A stretch of DNA of 63,999 nucleotides, the filler included, from Basidiobolus ranarum (Eukaryota): assembly GCA_040143965.1 (NCBI GenBank). It is 28 parts of 28 records of this genome, joined end to end, with 100 filler letters (N's around TTAATTAATTAA, not from the genome) between each part and the next. Parts side by side here need not be neighbours in the genome. Positions count along the whole stretch, not along the records: positions 61,832 to 63,999 come from JASJQH010003685.1; 27 more parts are not named here. One strand, written 5' to 3'. This document shows positions 62,490 to 63,999 of the stretch, one piece after another (the stretch's first letter is position 1; each line of letters starts with the position of its first letter). A model generated the notes under the pieces. The model was not told the origin of the DNA and did no database searches. It saw only the letters and a program-made list of their open reading frames with translations. Both the position numbers and the translations under genes were made by a program.

Positions 62490-63999
62490 TAGGCCACATA
62501 GATATGAGTGTATCAGGCCCATTTTTGATCAATTTTGCTCATTCCAAAGCCCACAAATGGCTGTCTGAGTTGCCTACCATATAGGTGTTGAAGTTTATTA
62601 TCTTTATCATATTTGTAATCTCTATCTTTATGCACCTAACTATTTCATTTATCACATATAAGGTAGTTAACAATACTTAGTCAAATATCACTTAACTACA
62701 AATTGGACATATATTGTATATATGTGAATAATGTGACAATTAGCAATTCCATATTGGAAATTTCAAACTTGTCCAAATTGCTCCAAAGATTGCTCATTTT
62801 ACTCCCACTGATGTTCTGAACACAACTGCAGTGTTAGTTTCTCATATTTCCATCAAAATGTAAAAATATTTTATTTCTGGACAATAGATTATTTTCTCAC
62901 AAAGCTATTGACAACTCCACATTTCTAAAGTTTCTCCAAACAGCCCATATTTTCCCAATAATAGGCAGCCTTCACATAGCTCCAGATCCAGTGGAATTAC
63001 AAATGTAAGTCCCAAAACCATCTTGTTTTTATTAAATTTTGCATATTTTCAGATCCTAGATGACCCAATCTCCTATGCCTGATTTTCCAGTCTATCTCTT
63101 CATCTCTAGCAGTAGTAACCTGTTCATATATTGGCCCAATATAATGAAGTTTATACAAGTTATTTTACTTGCACCAGAATCTATGTAATTTCCATTTTGA
63201 ATCCTGGTTGTACAGCCATTTGGATCAAAATTAAAGCTGTATCCCTCATATGTAGCTTTACTTACTGATAACAAATTTTTTGCTATCCCAGGCAAATATA
63301 GCATGATTTTCAGTGTCAAATACATGTCCCCACAGATACACCAAAATTCACTTCAATTTCTCCCACTCCTAGAGCTTCTAGGGGCTGGTCATCTCATGTA
63401 CAAACCTTCTTGTTTATGTTAGTTTTGAGTACCTTAAACCAGTTTTTTTGATTAGAGAAAGGTTGAGAGACTCTAGAATAAATATACCATGACCTACAGT
63501 CTTGTTCGGAGGTCACTGATAGGGCAGAAAGGAATAAAACTTCCTCTTTGGTTGAAACCCAACTAGCTTGTTCTGACTTCTCATTTTTGTTCTAATTTCT
63601 TGATTTGCAATCTTTTAACTGGTTTTCTAGTTTGTTACAACCATAGCAGAAGCCTGGTTTCCTTCTTCTGTAACTTTTGTACTTGCAAAAGCTATGTTTT
63701 CTGGCTTCAAAAAGAACCACTTCTTCAGATTCATTTTCCAAACTCTTACTTCTGAGGTGCTGTTCCATTAGCCTTGCCACTACAAACTCCAAATTTAATG
63801 TGTCAGATGTTGCTTCCAAAGCTGTGACCAAGTTTGAATATTGTTCTGGTAGACTACTTAGAAGAGTCATAATGCTATCTTCTTCCTCTAAAGTTGCACC
63901 AATATTTTCCAGTTGTTTAGCCAAAGATCTCACAATTGCAGTATGAGTAACCATGCTTTCAGACTTGTCCATCTTTATATTGAAGAATTTTTGTCTGAG
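62490..63999 (-). pseudogene. Ty1/copia gag-PR-GAG_pre-integrase remnant
   Basis: TLLSSLPEQYSNLVTALE, CYGCNKLENQLKDC, LPGIAKNLLSVSK, HRRLGH, CEGCLYGRQ. Confidence 0.9.
62586..62960 (+). mobile_element. Complete solo LTR, family B (375 bp, TGTTG...CAATA), with 5-bp TSD ATAGG
   Basis: ATAGG at 62581-62585 and 62961-62965; removing it restores the host frame EGCLYGRQLRQPF. Confidence 0.92.

Overview
This window is not one locus. It is 28 unrelated contigs of about 2.2 kb, sorted by decreasing length (2197 to about 2179 bp) and joined by 27 identical 100-bp linkers (44 N + TTAATTAATTAA + 44 N), so gene order across linkers means nothing. The source is a repeat-rich fungus with short GT-AG introns; an early-diverging, zygomycete-grade lineage is my inference. 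The contigs fall into two classes. (1) About 10 gene contigs with normal CpG content carry a LOG-family gene, two GPI-anchored CE4 chitin deacetylases, the isocitrate lyase C-terminus, a myosin II tail, a DUF4449/HAM1-like protein, an APSES (StuA-like) factor, a WASP/Las17 VCA tail, secreted-protein fragments, a truncated alpha/beta hydrolase, and the thioesterase end of an atromentin/quinone-synthetase-type NRPS-like gene that the ORF track missed. (2) About 18 contigs are nested, decayed transposons almost free of CpG: Ty1/copia (several LTR families, half-tRNA-iMet PBS), Ty3/gypsy, PIF/Harbinger and a dominant CACTA/EnSpm-type family. That family can be reconstructed from fragments as CCCTAACA TIR, ORF2 and transposase head to head, second TIR. 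Comparing copies shows strongly CpG-targeted C>T decay.
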